DNA from: Nemertoderma westbladi
Lineage: Eukaryota; Animalia; Xenacoelomorpha
Reading direction: 5' to 3'
Assembly (NCBI GenBank): GCA_032718475.1
Contig: JAUCBJ010008095.1
Location: forward strand, 1 to 64,000
DNA: 64,000 bases
In this document: positions 48,582-60,832 of the stretch, piece after piece
Position numbering within the stretch: position 1 is the first letter of the stretch
How the letters are laid out: each line of letters opens with the position of its first letter
Made by a program: the position numbers and the translations under genes
Notes under the pieces: model-generated
Seen by the model: only the letters and a program-made list of their open reading frames with translations
What the model was told of the DNA's origin: nothing
Databases searched by the model: none

Positions 48582-51500
48582 TGATGTGATTTCATATATT
48601 CAATATTTACATGTACTTATATCTTATATCTAGTTAGGTCGTCCCTGATATTGTAACTGTCAATCATATACAATACCGGTACTCCAGTATTGTACTTGTG
48701 TCGTACTTCAGTACTTGTCATATCTGCATGTCAATACATTCTGCTTGTGTCTTTCTTATCATACTACAGTGTTGTATAATCCAGCCTAATATATAGAACC
48801 TGCATACCTAAACTGCATTTCATATATCATAACATGGCGCTAGTGTGTATTTCTGGATTACTGTAGTCAGTTAACCAGCAAACATTCAATTTTGTAATTG
48901 CTGAATTAACACTACAAATGCTGAAATGGCTGAATATAACACGCCACCAAGCCAGCGTATTCAGTTGACACTCGACTCTGCAGATATAAACGGGTTAGTT
49001 ACTGGCCAATCCCCTCCGTTTTTCGGCTTTAGTGAAGCCACTACACCTTCGCACGATGCCATTGGATTTGGCCCATTGGTTGACCTCAATGGTCCCCCCA
49101 CGACACCGGTACCTGTACCTAGACCGGATTATAAACCGGCCCCCATCAACATTGCTGGATTAGTGCAAGGTTTCGCTGACGTTTTGGCTACGCAGCAAAA
49201 CCAACTCGAGGATCAACGTCGGAAGGATGAAACATTCCGCCGAACCGAGGAATTACGATTACGCAGGGAAGATTTTGCGTATTTCGAACAGGCTAGGCAG
49301 CGGGACAACGAACGACTGCAAGAGTTCCTGTCAACCGCACTGCGTCAACCGCGGGGTGACGCTCCAAGCGATCCAGATCCTGGTATACATCGACGAAACC
49401 TCACTCATCAACCATCCCGATCATCCAACAACAACTTGGCCCGTTCTTCACTGGCCAAAGTCCCACCCCCCCTTTCTAACGAAGCCTCGATGGCGGATTT
49501 TGCACGGTGGCGCCGTTTATGGGATGGATTCGTCGTTATACAACGACTAGATCAAGTTGAACGCGAAGAACAAAAGGCCGCCCTCAACCAGGCACTGAGC
49601 CCAGAGCTTCAGGACCTGTTACATCACGGTTTAAATATTTCGAGTTCAGGTGACGATGTTGATGTAGATGACATTCTATCTGCAATTGAATCTTACCTTC
49701 GCCAAAAACGCAATATCGCATTGGACCGAATTGCCTTTGATGAGCGCAAACAGACTGCTGGAGAATCCTTCGACAGCTTTTATGTTGACCTACAGCGTTT
49801 GGGGAAAGATGCTGATTTATGCTCTCATTGCTTCGATGATCGATTGGTCGATCGCATCATAACAGGTGGCGGCGACCCTGAAATCCGTCGGCGGTTATTG
49901 GCTAAACGCCCCCGCCCCTCACTACAGGATACTGTAGATTTCTGTCGCGCTGAGGAAGCAGCTCAACGCAATGAATCGAGCCTTTCCACATCAAAGATTC
50001 TTAATATTTCCGCCAAATCATCACATAAGGGTCAACAGCGAAGTTTCTCCCAATACCGGCCCCAACATAGATCCAAATCAAGGGATAAAGTCAAAGACAG
50101 GACGCCGGTACCTCAGTCCCAACCATGCCCATATTGCGGAAAACAGAAGCACAAACAAGGTCAGTATTGCCCAGCTAGCAATTCAACATGTAGATTTTGT
50201 AAAGTAAAGGGCCACTGGGACACAGTGTGTTTCAAGAAAAAAGGAACACATAAATCGAAAATGAATTCAAATCACAGTATTTCTAATGTCGAATCCGATG
50301 AAAAGTTACAAACTGGCACTATAAAACTCTCTATTAGTTCTGTGGACCTTACAAATAATAAAAATACCCCAATGGTATTTGTCCACCTCCAGACAAGCAA
50401 TCGTATGACCTCTGTCGGATTCTATGCCACTCCAGACACTGGTGCTGCAGTGACACTGTTTCCCCAAACCAATCTGAAGGATTTGTCTTTATCTGAATCT
50501 GAGTTACAGTCTACATCTGTAAAATTATCTAATGCAGATGGTGGGGATATCGACTGTATTGGAACATTTTTATGTAAAATAACCCTTGGTAACCGCCACT
50601 CAACAGTGCGGGCTTATGTTTGTAATTCAGCCAAACATATTCTCCTGGACTGGACTGTTTGTCAAGAACTAGGAATTATCTCAGCAGACTTTCCCTCTCA
50701 GGAGTCAACCTTGTATGTCTCTCATATCCCAGAACTTAATTCATTGAAAGGTTTACCTAACACTCCCACAGATTCCGAGACTAATGCAATCAAAGAATCC
50801 ATTATGAAAGAATATTCCGATGTTTTTTCCACTGAGGGAGCCTTGAAACCAATGAATGGGGAGCCTATGCAGATTCATCTCAAAGATGATGCACAACCTT
50901 TCGCCATTTCGACTGCCCGACCTGTTAGTCTGGCCATCAGAGATCGAGTCAAAGCAGAGATTAATCGCATGGTCGAACAAGGTATCATTGCTCCAATTGG
51001 AGATGTTGTCACACAGTGGTGTCACCCACTTGTTGCTGTTATACACCAAAGTGGTAAACTAAGAATATGTACTGACTTCACTAAGTTAAATAAATACTGC
51101 ATCCGACCTTATCATCCAATGGTCACACCAAAGGCTGCCATAGATGGTATCTCTTCTGGAGATAAATATTTTTCCACGGTTGATGCAGTTAAAGGTTATT
51201 GGCAGATAGAGTTAGCTGAAGAATGCCAGCATCTCACTACCTTCATATGCTCAGAAGGCAGATTCAAATATCTACGAGCCCCCATGGGACTCTCATCCAC
51301 GGGTGATGAATATAACCACCGTGGTGACTTGGCGTTTTCTGGATTGTCCAATTATGAAAAAGTAGTGGATGACATCCTCATCCACACAACAGACTTCCAT
51401 GAACATGTCAACTCAGTCCTTCAAGTTCTGCAGCGTTGTCGGCAGAATGGAATTACCTTAAATCCGACCAAATTTCAATTTGCCAGGTCTGAAGTTAAGT

Positions 51501-53948
51501 TTGTAGGCTACAAAGTTGGTCGTGACGGAATTAAAGCCGATCCAAGTAAACTCTCTGCTATTCGTGAATTTCCTGAACCACATGGTATCCGCGATCTCAG
51601 ATCCTTCTTCGGTATCGTAAATCAATTGGGGATGTTTTCACGAGACATAAGTGCTGCAGCTGAACCCCTTCGCCCTCTTTTAAAGAAGTCTAACCAATTT
51701 TCATGGAATTCCAATCATGCAGAAGCATTTACAAAGGTCAAGGAGGCCCTGTGCACTCCAGCTGTGCTCCAGCCATTTGACCCCAACCTTCCAACTGTCC
51801 TGCAAACTGACGCCTCCCGAACCAAGGGACTTGGGTTTGCTCTCTTACAGAGACACTGTAATGGATTGCATCTCGTTCAGTGTGGATCTAGATTCATTTC
51901 AGATACGGAATCGCGATATGCGATGGTTGAATTGGAAATGTTGGCCATCGTGTATGCCGTACAGAAATGTCGGTTATACCTACTGGGAATAAACTTCAAT
52001 TTACTCACAGATCACAAACCATTGATACCAATATTGAACGATAAATCATTATCATCAATTGACAACCCACGATTGCTTAGAATGAAGGAGAAACTTATAC
52101 CTTACACATTTGTTACCGAATGGCAGAGTGGAGCTAACCATCATATTCCTGATGCATTATCTCGCGCCCCTGTTCAAGGGCCCAGTGAGGAAGACAAATT
52201 AGCTGAAGATGAACTACAACATCTTATCTGTGCTCATATATTCGCAATAGGGCAACAGATTGATGAGGATGAAGACCCACCAGGAATGACCTCACTCACG
52301 GATCCAATATTAACTAAACTCCGCAATTCAGCTGCCAGTGATTCAGACTATTGCGAGCTGGTACAATCTATAGAACGCGGTTTCCCTGAAAAGAAAGATG
52401 CACCAGCATACCTCCTTCCTTATTACAGCTTAACTGACAATCTATCAACAGATAACGGTCTAGCCCTCTTTGATTCCCGAATTATTATTCCAAAATGTCA
52501 AAGAAAGGAAGTATTAAGACGCCTGCATGCATCTCATCAGGGTACTGAGCGTACCAAACGGCGTGCTCGGCTTACAGTATATTGGCCCGGTCTGTCCGCA
52601 GACATCATTAATGTAGTTGGCATGTGTCAACCATGCCAAGAACGGCGGGCATCCTTACCAGCCGAGCCGCTTCTTAGGGACCCACCCCCTTCTCGACCTT
52701 TTGAACAAACCGCTGCCGATATAGGTCACCATGGTGGGAAAGCATATCTCATATATGTAGACCGTTATTCAGGTTGGCCAGAGGTAGCAGAATTTTTGCA
52801 TGAACCGGACTCCGCTAAAGTTGTTAATGTTTTAAAGCGTTTTTTTACTGCCACAGGCATTCCTGTTAAATTTAGGTCAGATGGAGGACCCCAATTTACA
52901 TCATCAACATTCAAAGCCTTTGCCAGCAATTGGGAATTTGACCATGTGCAATCCATGCCTCATTTCCCATCCAGCAATGGTCTGGCCGAATCAGCTGTAA
53001 AATCCATGAAACACCTGATTGCCACCACAGGTGGTGACATTCATAGTGATAACTTCCGTCTTGGATTACTAGAATTTCGCAATACTCCGCGTACTTCCGG
53101 ATACTCACCAGCACAATTAATTTTCGGCCGCCCTTTACGTTCCATTGTGCCTTGTCATATATCAGCCTTTGCCTCTAAATGGCTTGATGACACTCATGAA
53201 TCACAGTCCGAATCTACAAACACCGCTACAAAGAACGAATTACGCCGACCTTTGACACCCTTAACCATTGGCCAAAGTGTATGGTTTCAAAATCATTCTA
53301 CAAAACGATGGTCACAACATGGTACAGTAATAGAAAGACAAGGAAGAAACTACCTTGTGAAACTGTTGTCTGGTAGATCACTGTGGCGCAACCGCCGTCA
53401 TATACGCGCCCGTATCGATCCTACCAATCAAGATTCTGGAGGGAAGGTGCCCAATGATGATTCTCGTACACTGAATCCTCCGTCCACCCCGCGAGTTAAA
53501 TTTCATGACAACCTCACCGAGCATGAATATGACAGTAACTCGCCACCTACTCGCCAAAGTTCCCGATTAAGGAAAGCTCCAAACTATTTCGGATTTAATT
53601 AACAGCTTTACGATTCTAAACCGAAAGTAAATAACTGGAACAATGAACTGAAGGTAATTAACTGAAAAGAATCATTTCATCTCGATAGGGGAGTTGATGT
53701 GATTTCATATATTCAATATTTACATGTACTTATATCTTATATCTAGTTAGGTCGTCCCTGATATTGTAACTGTCAATCATATACAATACCGGTACTCCAG
53801 TATTGTACTTGTGTCGTACTTCAGTACTTGTCATATCTGCATGTCAATACATTCTGCTTGTGTCTTTCTTATCATACTACAGTGTTGTATAATCCAGCCT
53901 AATATATAGAACCTGCATACCTAAACTGCATTTTCATATATCATAACA
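48582..53948 (+). mobile_element. Intact Ty3/Gypsy LTR retrotransposon (Mag-like)
   Basis: LTRs 48582-48834 and 53695-53948 (TG...CA, apparently one 1-bp indel); 5-bp TSD CTAGT (48577-48581, 53949-53953); PBS TGGCGCT at 48835; PPT ATAGGGGAG; empty site visible in BEL-B near 9985. Confidence 0.96.
48926..53602 (+). CDS. Gypsy Gag-Pol polyprotein, 1558 aa
   Basis: Two knuckles (CPYCGKQKHKQGQYC, CRFCKVKGHWDTVC), protease DTGA, RT VVDD, RNase H TDAS...ELE...TDHKPL, integrase HHCC plus SDGGPQF...SNGLAE, in PR-RT-RH-IN order. Confidence 0.96.
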   Translation: MAEYNTPPSQRIQLTLDSADINGLVTGQSPPFFGFSEATTPSHDAIGFGPLVDLNGPPTTPVPVPRPDYKPAPINIAGLVQGFADVLATQQNQLEDQRRKDETFRRTEELRLRREDFAYFEQARQRDNERLQEFLSTALRQPRGDAPSDPDPGIHRRNLTHQPSRSSNNNLARSSLAKVPPPLSNEASMADFARWRRLWDGFVVIQRLDQVEREEQKAALNQALSPELQDLLHHGLNISSSGDDVDVDDILSAIESYLRQKRNIALDRIAFDERKQTAGESFDSFYVDLQRLGKDADLCSHCFDDRLVDRIITGGGDPEIRRRLLAKRPRPSLQDTVDFCRAEEAAQRNESSLSTSKILNISAKSSHKGQQRSFSQYRPQHRSKSRDKVKDRTPVPQSQPCPYCGKQKHKQGQYCPASNSTCRFCKVKGHWDTVCFKKKGTHKSKMNSNHSISNVESDEKLQTGTIKLSISSVDLTNNKNTPMVFVHLQTSNRMTSVGFYATPDTGAAVTLFPQTNLKDLSLSESELQSTSVKLSNADGGDIDCIGTFLCKITLGNRHSTVRAYVCNSAKHILLDWTVCQELGIISADFPSQESTLYVSHIPELNSLKGLPNTPTDSETNAIKESIMKEYSDVFSTEGALKPMNGEPMQIHLKDDAQPFAISTARPVSLAIRDRVKAEINRMVEQGIIAPIGDVVTQWCHPLVAVIHQSGKLRICTDFTKLNKYCIRPYHPMVTPKAAIDGISSGDKYFSTVDAVKGYWQIELAEECQHLTTFICSEGRFKYLRAPMGLSSTGDEYNHRGDLAFSGLSNYEKVVDDILIHTTDFHEHVNSVLQVLQRCRQNGITLNPTKFQFARSEVKFVGYKVGRDGIKADPSKLSAIREFPEPHGIRDLRSFFGIVNQLGMFSRDISAAAEPLRPLLKKSNQFSWNSNHAEAFTKVKEALCTPAVLQPFDPNLPTVLQTDASRTKGLGFALLQRHCNGLHLVQCGSRFISDTESRYAMVELEMLAIVYAVQKCRLYLLGINFNLLTDHKPLIPILNDKSLSSIDNPRLLRMKEKLIPYTFVTEWQSGANHHIPDALSRAPVQGPSEEDKLAEDELQHLICAHIFAIGQQIDEDEDPPGMTSLTDPILTKLRNSAASDSDYCELVQSIERGFPEKKDAPAYLLPYYSLTDNLSTDNGLALFDSRIIIPKCQRKEVLRRLHASHQGTERTKRRARLTVYWPGLSADIINVVGMCQPCQERRASLPAEPLLRDPPPSRPFEQTAADIGHHGGKAYLIYVDRYSGWPEVAEFLHEPDSAKVVNVLKRFFTATGIPVKFRSDGGPQFTSSTFKAFASNWEFDHVQSMPHFPSSNGLAESAVKSMKHLIATTGGDIHSDNFRLGLLEFRNTPRTSGYSPAQLIFGRPLRSIVPCHISAFASKWLDDTHESQSESTNTATKNELRRPLTPLTIGQSVWFQNHSTKRWSQHGTVIERQGRNYLVKLLSGRSLWRNRRHIRARIDPTNQDSGGKVPNDDSRTLNPPSTPRVKFHDNLTEHEYDSNSPPTRQSSRLRKAPNYFGFN

Positions 53949-54857
53949 CTAGTCAATTAAAATATCGCAGTATTTACCGATATTCTTAAAAGGACGATTT
54001 TATAGAATTAAGGATCCTGAGTTCCCAGACATGCTCTGGAATAAAATTTGTGTCAATTTAACATCAAATAATAAAATTCACGGGAATAAATTTAAATTCA
54101 TATTCAAATGAATTTCATAAATTGTCATTTTTTGCAATTTATAACATTCCCAAAATTCTAGTAATTAATAGATCATGGGAGCGGAGATTCATATTGAGTG
54201 TATTAAAGTGCGAGAATCTCCAACATATAGTCAATAGCCGATAAAATTTATAAAATCATGCATAAAGAGGATATTGACAACTAAAGAATTACTATTAAAT
54301 AACATCCCAGATCTGTATGCATGAGAATTACCCTAATTCTACCGCTAGTTTTCCATAATGTCACCATGGCAACACCCACGCTAGAATTAGAAGCAAGTTA
54401 AAGGAACAATAAAAGGCTTGCCCCATTGCGTAGCCTAAGAGGATACATAGCGCACTATTAGTATCCAAGGATACATAGTAATAACGTGACATTCTGGAAG
54501 ACACTGACTAACGGACAAATGGCCTGCATGTGTGCAGTAAGTAATGATTGTATGGAATTTGTGCGTTTATAGGTGAATGTTACTACTAAAGTGTGTTTAC
54601 AGTAGCTAATCGCAATTGTAAAGTAGCCCTAACTCTACCGAGATAACCTCAAGTGGATTCAAGCCTTTGGGATGGACAGTGGTGGGACTTGTGCCGGTTA
54701 TCGTTGTCGTGCTGTTGCTACATGTTGGCGTAAACACCGCGACAACGGTACATCGGCGCTGAGAAACCCACTGTCCGGGGGCAAAGACTAGTAGGCAGCG
54801 ACGCCCACTTGCCTAAATATTGACTCATACTAATATTAATAAACTCAGATAGCAGAT

Positions 54858-56318
54858 ATGACGGAATTAATAGAAGATGATCTTGGTATCAGGGAACGAT
54901 ATACTCTACCTTTACAAGCATTTGTGGATAGCTTGATACGCGGTGAAGCCGATCCAACCATTACGGAGGACGATGGTCGTTATATCGAACCGCCGATGTC
55001 CCAAGAGCAACTTACGCGTGAATTGGACTATCGAAAATTAACCGCTCGCTATACGCATCGTAATGGTACGTATATGGACTTCCTAACTACTGGCCATCCT
55101 ATCGATTTACATGATACGGACGATGTATACACCGAAAGGGAAATGGTTCTATTTAAATATCATACCCAGCGGAGTCGTAACGATAAACCGAGAATAGATC
55201 ACGAAAATTATATTCGTAACAGACTGGGAAGACGAACCAATATGCCTAGAATCTGAGGAGATTCAGCCTATCGCGCCCGGAACAACGACAACGATTACCT
55301 CCTAGAATGGTATCAAGGTCCACAGTGTCTCACTGCGTACGATTATCGCCATGCCAACTATGTTTCTCGGCAACGTTGTCGGTTATGCGCATCGAGAGAC
55401 CATGTTACGCCCATGGACACAAACGTCCGCTGTTCCTATTTCCACGAACAACCGACGATGGAAATTTATTGCGCGTATTACAGACTCAATAACTTGCACA
55501 TTTTTGCGGTTTGCCCTCAATTTATGACTCAATGTCACCATTGTCAACTAAAGGGACGCGCCAGTTTCGATTGCCCTTTTTAGTCACGATTTGGAAAGCG
55601 TAGATGAAATGATCACACTACGTTACATCAGAGCTTGGGAAGCGAACGCTGATTTACATTGTGATTCGCGCCATCGTTATTATCCTGGACGCGCTTATGA
55701 AGGAGTTTATGCGTTCCATCCTTATTCCATCCTTATCTATTCGCTTCTGTCGAACAGAAATCACGCATATCGAGTTACGAACTACTGAAGCGCGTCGGAG
55801 AATGTATTTCAACCAAGTTCGTACGCAAATTTCTCAGGAGGGTTAATCCTAGCAACCTTCATTCCTATAACTTAATCAGTTATATCCGTCAGGACCCGGA
55901 CTATGGAGACTTATTTGTTAACTCATACCCCGAGTTACAGGAAGTATATCGACGGCCTTACGAATACCGAGCCCGCGAACGCGAGTTGGAAAGAACCATT
56001 AAACCCAGGAAGTTTCTAACTGCCTATGGTCCACCTACGGCTCTCGTTCAGACCACTCGTAAAGGACCCGTAAGAGCGGCTGTCCTAAAACGCGCTCTAA
56101 AGGCCGCTAGACCCCTCTCCCCCGACGTTGATGTCAATCAACTCGGCACTTCGACTGGCGGATACACCGACCATAATCCTATACCCTCTGATGCAATCAT
56201 ATTGCACCCTTCACCCAGGAGTTATAGCCCTCCTTGTAAAGTGGCTCGCCCCAAAGAGAAAAAGACTCTGGCTAGCTTTAAAAAACTGCGTAAACGCCGT
56301 CCGCGTAAGAAAGATTAA
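54858..56318 (+). pseudogene. BEL-D accessory ORF3 with degenerate CCHC knuckles
   Basis: The 54858 frame continues past TGA (55254-55256) into CRLCASRDH...C, CAYYRLNNLHIFAVC, CHHCQLKGRASFDC (55377-55574); then WEANADLH... (55591 frame) and a basic C-terminus (55986-56318). Confidence 0.75.
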
Positions 56319-56396
56319 CTGTTTAGAGTATTTACGTATATTAGAAACTGTGATTTTGTATATTTTATAGACTTAAATCCCATTTTCTGGGAGCGG

Positions 56397-57594
56397 TGTA
56401 AAAGCTTTTGTGGGATAACTGGTTCGTTTGCCTTGCTGGCCAGTTCCCCCCGGTCGCTAGAATACTCTAAAAAGGGATCTATAGCTAAAATAGTGCAAGC
56501 TACCAGCTTATTGGCTGATTTGCTGTACGAAGGTATCTGGGCTCCGTTTAATCGGCCAACCAGCCTAGGAAAGTTGCGTCATAGCCCTGTTTCTGTATCT
56601 GCCAATAGAATTTGAGTTGGCGTTGATTTTGACCTATCCCAGAGCTACTGAACTGAATTTCCTATCTGTATGCTCATCCTCTGTGTTGGACGGGAGCTTC
56701 GTGGAATAAGGGTAGTTGGTATCCTCGTATAGAGTAGTAGTCATATGATTCTGTTGTTGTGTTCCCATTTTTTCGCCATAACACCGGCTTTTGGAACAAC
56801 TCTAGCAAAAACTGCTTAGATTATAGAAAAGTATAACTGTTACCGGCGGTGTTACCTCACTTAATTTAACGGCACGGCACGGACTTTAATTACTAATCAT
56901 ATTGTTTGTACTGTTATTTACCGTCAGTTATTAATTGTATCGATTTGTTGATGAAATATTGTCATTTGGAGAATATTGATAAATCACCCAAATTTCCCAA
57001 TTTTCTTGATACACTACAGGTTAGAGAGACAGGCTATATATAACAATTGCGATTTATATCAATGTGGTGTGTATTGAATCTAATGTTATTTAGTAGACAC
57101 TACCTGAGTCAATTGCTGTTCTCTTTATGTGTGATCAAATATACTGACGGTCGGCAGAATAGTGTGCATGATTGTGAGTGTGACTGGTAACAAAGCATTT
57201 CCTAAAGAATGCGCCTTATACTTTAATCATAAGCCTTATCGTTGCGTTTAGTATAAGTCCTAGCTCTGTTTAAATAGATAGAGCACCTCGTCCTAAAGGA
57301 ACTGTTAATATTTCCCGAAAGTTAATAATATCTGTCAGAAATTACATATTAGCGATCAATCGAATAATACAGTAGGCTTACACTGCAACCTTACACTGCA
57401 ATAATAAAATCTAAGCATCCGAATTCAGCCTCCCGGGTGTATCCATCGGGTGAATGATCGCGCATGGGCTGGCTTCGGCTAATGTTTTGTTTATTAGCAT
57501 AAAATATTGTCGTATGCTAAAGGTGTGTTAATTAACTAAAAGACATATAAATTTTGGCAGGTTAAACTGCTAAAGGTCTTCAAAAGCGCGAACA
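56397..57594 (+). repeat. BEL-D 3' LTR (1198 bp)
   Basis: Preceded by CTGGGAGCGG; matches the 5' LTR. Confidence 0.95.
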
Positions 57595-57899
57595 GATATT
57601 ATTACTTTATAGGGCTATTATTACTAGGTACTTTATATTATTATTAGGTTCTTACATTATATTACTAGTAGGTACTTTATGTTATTACTTTATTATTTAT
57701 TACGATTGCCGACCCAATATTCCCCACCCCTGGGGAAACTAGGCGAATCAATATCCCGCCTCAATGTTAAATTCTCAATTTAGGGAAAGGAGCAGGTTAC
57801 AGTGGCACGTTATTTTAAACAAAACAATAAACTAAACATAACATAACAGGTTACAGTTTTATTTTTGAGAGTAATCAGCTGTTATTTGCGTCGAATTTC

Positions 57900-59801
57900 A
57901 CCTGGAGATGGATGAATTTTTATTGCGTCCAGTTTCCCCCCCCCCCCCCCCCTTATTTTGTCCCCTTCCCGTTATTCGGAGGAATTTAGTTTGTGCTGCC
58001 TTATCACCAGAATGTGAGTCGCGCCGTTTCTGCCTTTCCATAGATCGCCTTTGTACTCCATTAAGAAGGGTGTTTGCTAGGGTACAGCAATCAGCTATTG
58101 GTGGCAGTTGGGATATACCGTAATAGACCGCAATAATGTGTATTACTTGAGTTAGTTGTTTGTAGTACCGTATAGGTATAGTTCCATCATGTACAGCATC
58201 CACCCATGCAGCAGACGCCATGGTCCTGGTCCACCATACCAGGTGATGCGGAGTAAGTTGTAATCCACCACGAGTTAGGGCTTGGGTAAATATATTATCC
58301 TCCTCTTAAATATCACCACTGATGTCTAACTCTGGGATTACCTTTACCAGGAATCCTGCGACGTATCCAGCTGCCTGAAACTCATCATAACTGACTTCAA
58401 TATCCACTAGCTGTTAAATTTTTCTCAGCATTTCCGTTGTTATTAGGACATACTTTCGGATGTTCAGGTGCTTTCAAAGTGCATGGGATATCGTCTAATA
58501 GAACAAAGTCTAAAGTATAAACTCAAGCTGAGACTTATATTTGGATGACTCAAGATCAATCGCGGCATTAACGTACTCCTTAGCTTTCGTAAGTAGCGAT
58601 GTCGTAGTACCAACATTACGTTTCACGACTGCAATGACTTCTTCCAACTGAGACCAACGTATAAGTTGGCTATTACGAGCGAGGCAATGCGAAAACCCCA
58701 AGCTGCAACCCAGCTGATCAACCGCCGATCGGCTGATACAAACATGTCCGAGGAAAGTTGACTCTTTGATGAAAGTGAAACCTGTCCAATATACTGTATA
58801 CTTCGTTATGGAAAAAGAAGAGCAATACTTGGAACTGCGATAGTTTCACAAAAATGTCAGTACGCGACCGTATCCTGCAATTCCCTTTAGCCACGTAGAA
58901 ACAACAGGCAGGCAGGTTCAGTCAGCTGCAAAAAGCCCCCAATTAAATCTCACTCCATGCACTCATTGAGTAACTGAAGTTGGCGTTCCTCAATGTGAGG
59001 GATGTCTCGTGGAGTGGGGGGTCGCGGCGGAACTCACGATAAGGGAAGTCCAGGGAAGTATATCGGAATATTGTTGGTCGCAAGGAACCGCCAGGGACTT
59101 TCTTGTGCGGAATTCCCTTGGAAAACTCTGGCCACTGTTGAGTACAAATGACGGCAGTGCTTCCATACTTAAACAGAGAGCCGTCATCTGCACTGCATCG
59201 TGGTAGGCCTAGTGCGGCGATCCACTGATCTCGTTCGGCATCGACAGGAGGAAGTTTCACTACACGAACGGGATTTCCTGCGTAATTGCCGTCGCAGCCA
59301 AATACGCAACAATAATTAGGCATAATAATAATAAATAACTTGTTCTGTTGGTAGTTTAGCCTAATGTTGTAATACGGCACCTTAAATACCTACCTATCAG
59401 CCTATAGCAGTATAGTAATTGATTTAATTACTACCAAATGGTACCACCTACCGGTAGGCCTACCTGTACCGGAACGGTCGCGGTACCGTACCGGTAGCAT
59501 CATACTGTCATACGAGTACGGGCTACCACTGTACCAGGGTAGGGCCATACAGCCGTCCAGTTGAATGTACTGTAACTAGACTATCTGACTTTCTAACTGT
59601 ACTATTCCCATATACCAGAGGTAGCGGTAGGACTATAATACAGCTATATGCTATAAGGCTATAACTATTCATTCTACGGTAGTACAGTAGTACAGTAGTA
59701 GGCTATTCAGGTAGTACAGCTTACAGCAGTATGAAATTAATGGACTTCGCTAGCGAAGTCGGATCAGGCAGTGTGCCAGTCCTGTAGTATAGTAGTCCTT
59801 G
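57900..59801 (-). mobile_element. Internally deleted THAP-domain (P-element-like) DNA transposon remnant
   Basis: From ATG 59323: MPNYCCVFGC...LP...W...ICTQQW (THAP-like, His replaced). Near 58260-58400: AGYVAGFL...LTRGGLQL, typical of the P-transposase C-terminus. Candidate terminus CAAGGACTACTATAC at 59801; no matching second TIR or catalytic core seen. Confidence 0.6.
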
Positions 59802-59819
59802 GGTACAGTAAATCATAAC

Positions 59820-60832
59820 AGGTCATGCAGCGCGCGGATTCCTGAAATTAGCGGAGGCCGATCGTTTCCCTATTTATGACACTATTTTCATAATATTTTC
59901 TTAGAAACCTCTCTTATGCAACTTTGGTTAGGTGGATATGATGACTAGGGTTCATAGAAATGTAATAAAATATCTTTCTGGAATTTTTTATCTTGTAGTT
60001 GCCAAGGTAACCGGGTGCAAAGTTCAAATTTCGAGCGCCTGTAATTCAAGACGACGATGGATTCTGTTCTTGAGATTTGGTATATGAGTAAAGGGAATAA
60101 AAGTCTATCAAAATATTTTAAATTTAAATTTATTTTCAATCCCGTTTCCATGGTGACGGGAATTACGATAATGTCCCATATGACCGCCAGATAGAAATTG
60201 GGCTACTATTTACTACTTATATAATTTTAAACAAACATGCCTGGTGGCTGTCCTTTATTTCTAATAATTGCTAACCGAAATTTAATATTCTGGAATGTCA
60301 AAATCATGCTATCACAGGTCTTGCTCTCTGATTGGACAGTTTAGTTTATTGGTAAATATTGACTTTTAAAAATATGATTCACAATTGACGAATTATAAAA
60401 TAAAATGTTGGCAATTTTAACATATTATTTAGACTGACAACCGAAATAAAAAGGGTGTTTTATAGAATTGGTAGACAATTTTTAAAATTTTTCATTATAC
60501 GTATTTCCATGGCAACGGAAATGTAAACAAATTCAAATGTAAAATATTTTGATAGACTTTGATTTCTTTTAATCACCTACCAAATCTCAAGGGAAGAATC
60601 CATTGTCGCCTTGAAATACAGGCAAGTTTTAACTTTGCACCCGGTTACCTTGGCAACTACAAGATAAAAATTCCAGAGACATTTTATTACATTTCTGTGA
60701 ACCCTGGTCATCATATCCACCTAACAAAAGTAGCATAAAAGAAGTTTCTAAGGAAATATTATGAAAATAGTGCCATAAATAGGGAAAAGATCGGCCCACG
60801 CTAATTTCAACAATCCGCTCGCTGCATGACCT
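59820..60832. mobile_element. ~1-kb foldback MITE with long imperfect inverted arms
   Basis: AGGTCATGCAGCG... / ...CGCTGCATGACCT; arms ~59820-60160 and ~60505-60832; TSD not evident. Confidence 0.75.

Larger units (their letters stand above)
36329..57594 (+). mobile_element. BEL-D: near-intact ~15.9-kb BEL/Pao element (21.3 kb including nested Gypsy)
   Basis: Two near-identical ~1.2-kb LTRs, 2.2-kb leader, single gag-pol, long 3' region with ORF3. Flanks CCTTG and GATAT do not form a TSD. Confidence 0.95.

Noticed and set aside
57595-57705. Element terminus or gene after the BEL-D LTR
   Set aside because: Degenerate (ATT)n/ATTACT low-complexity tract only.
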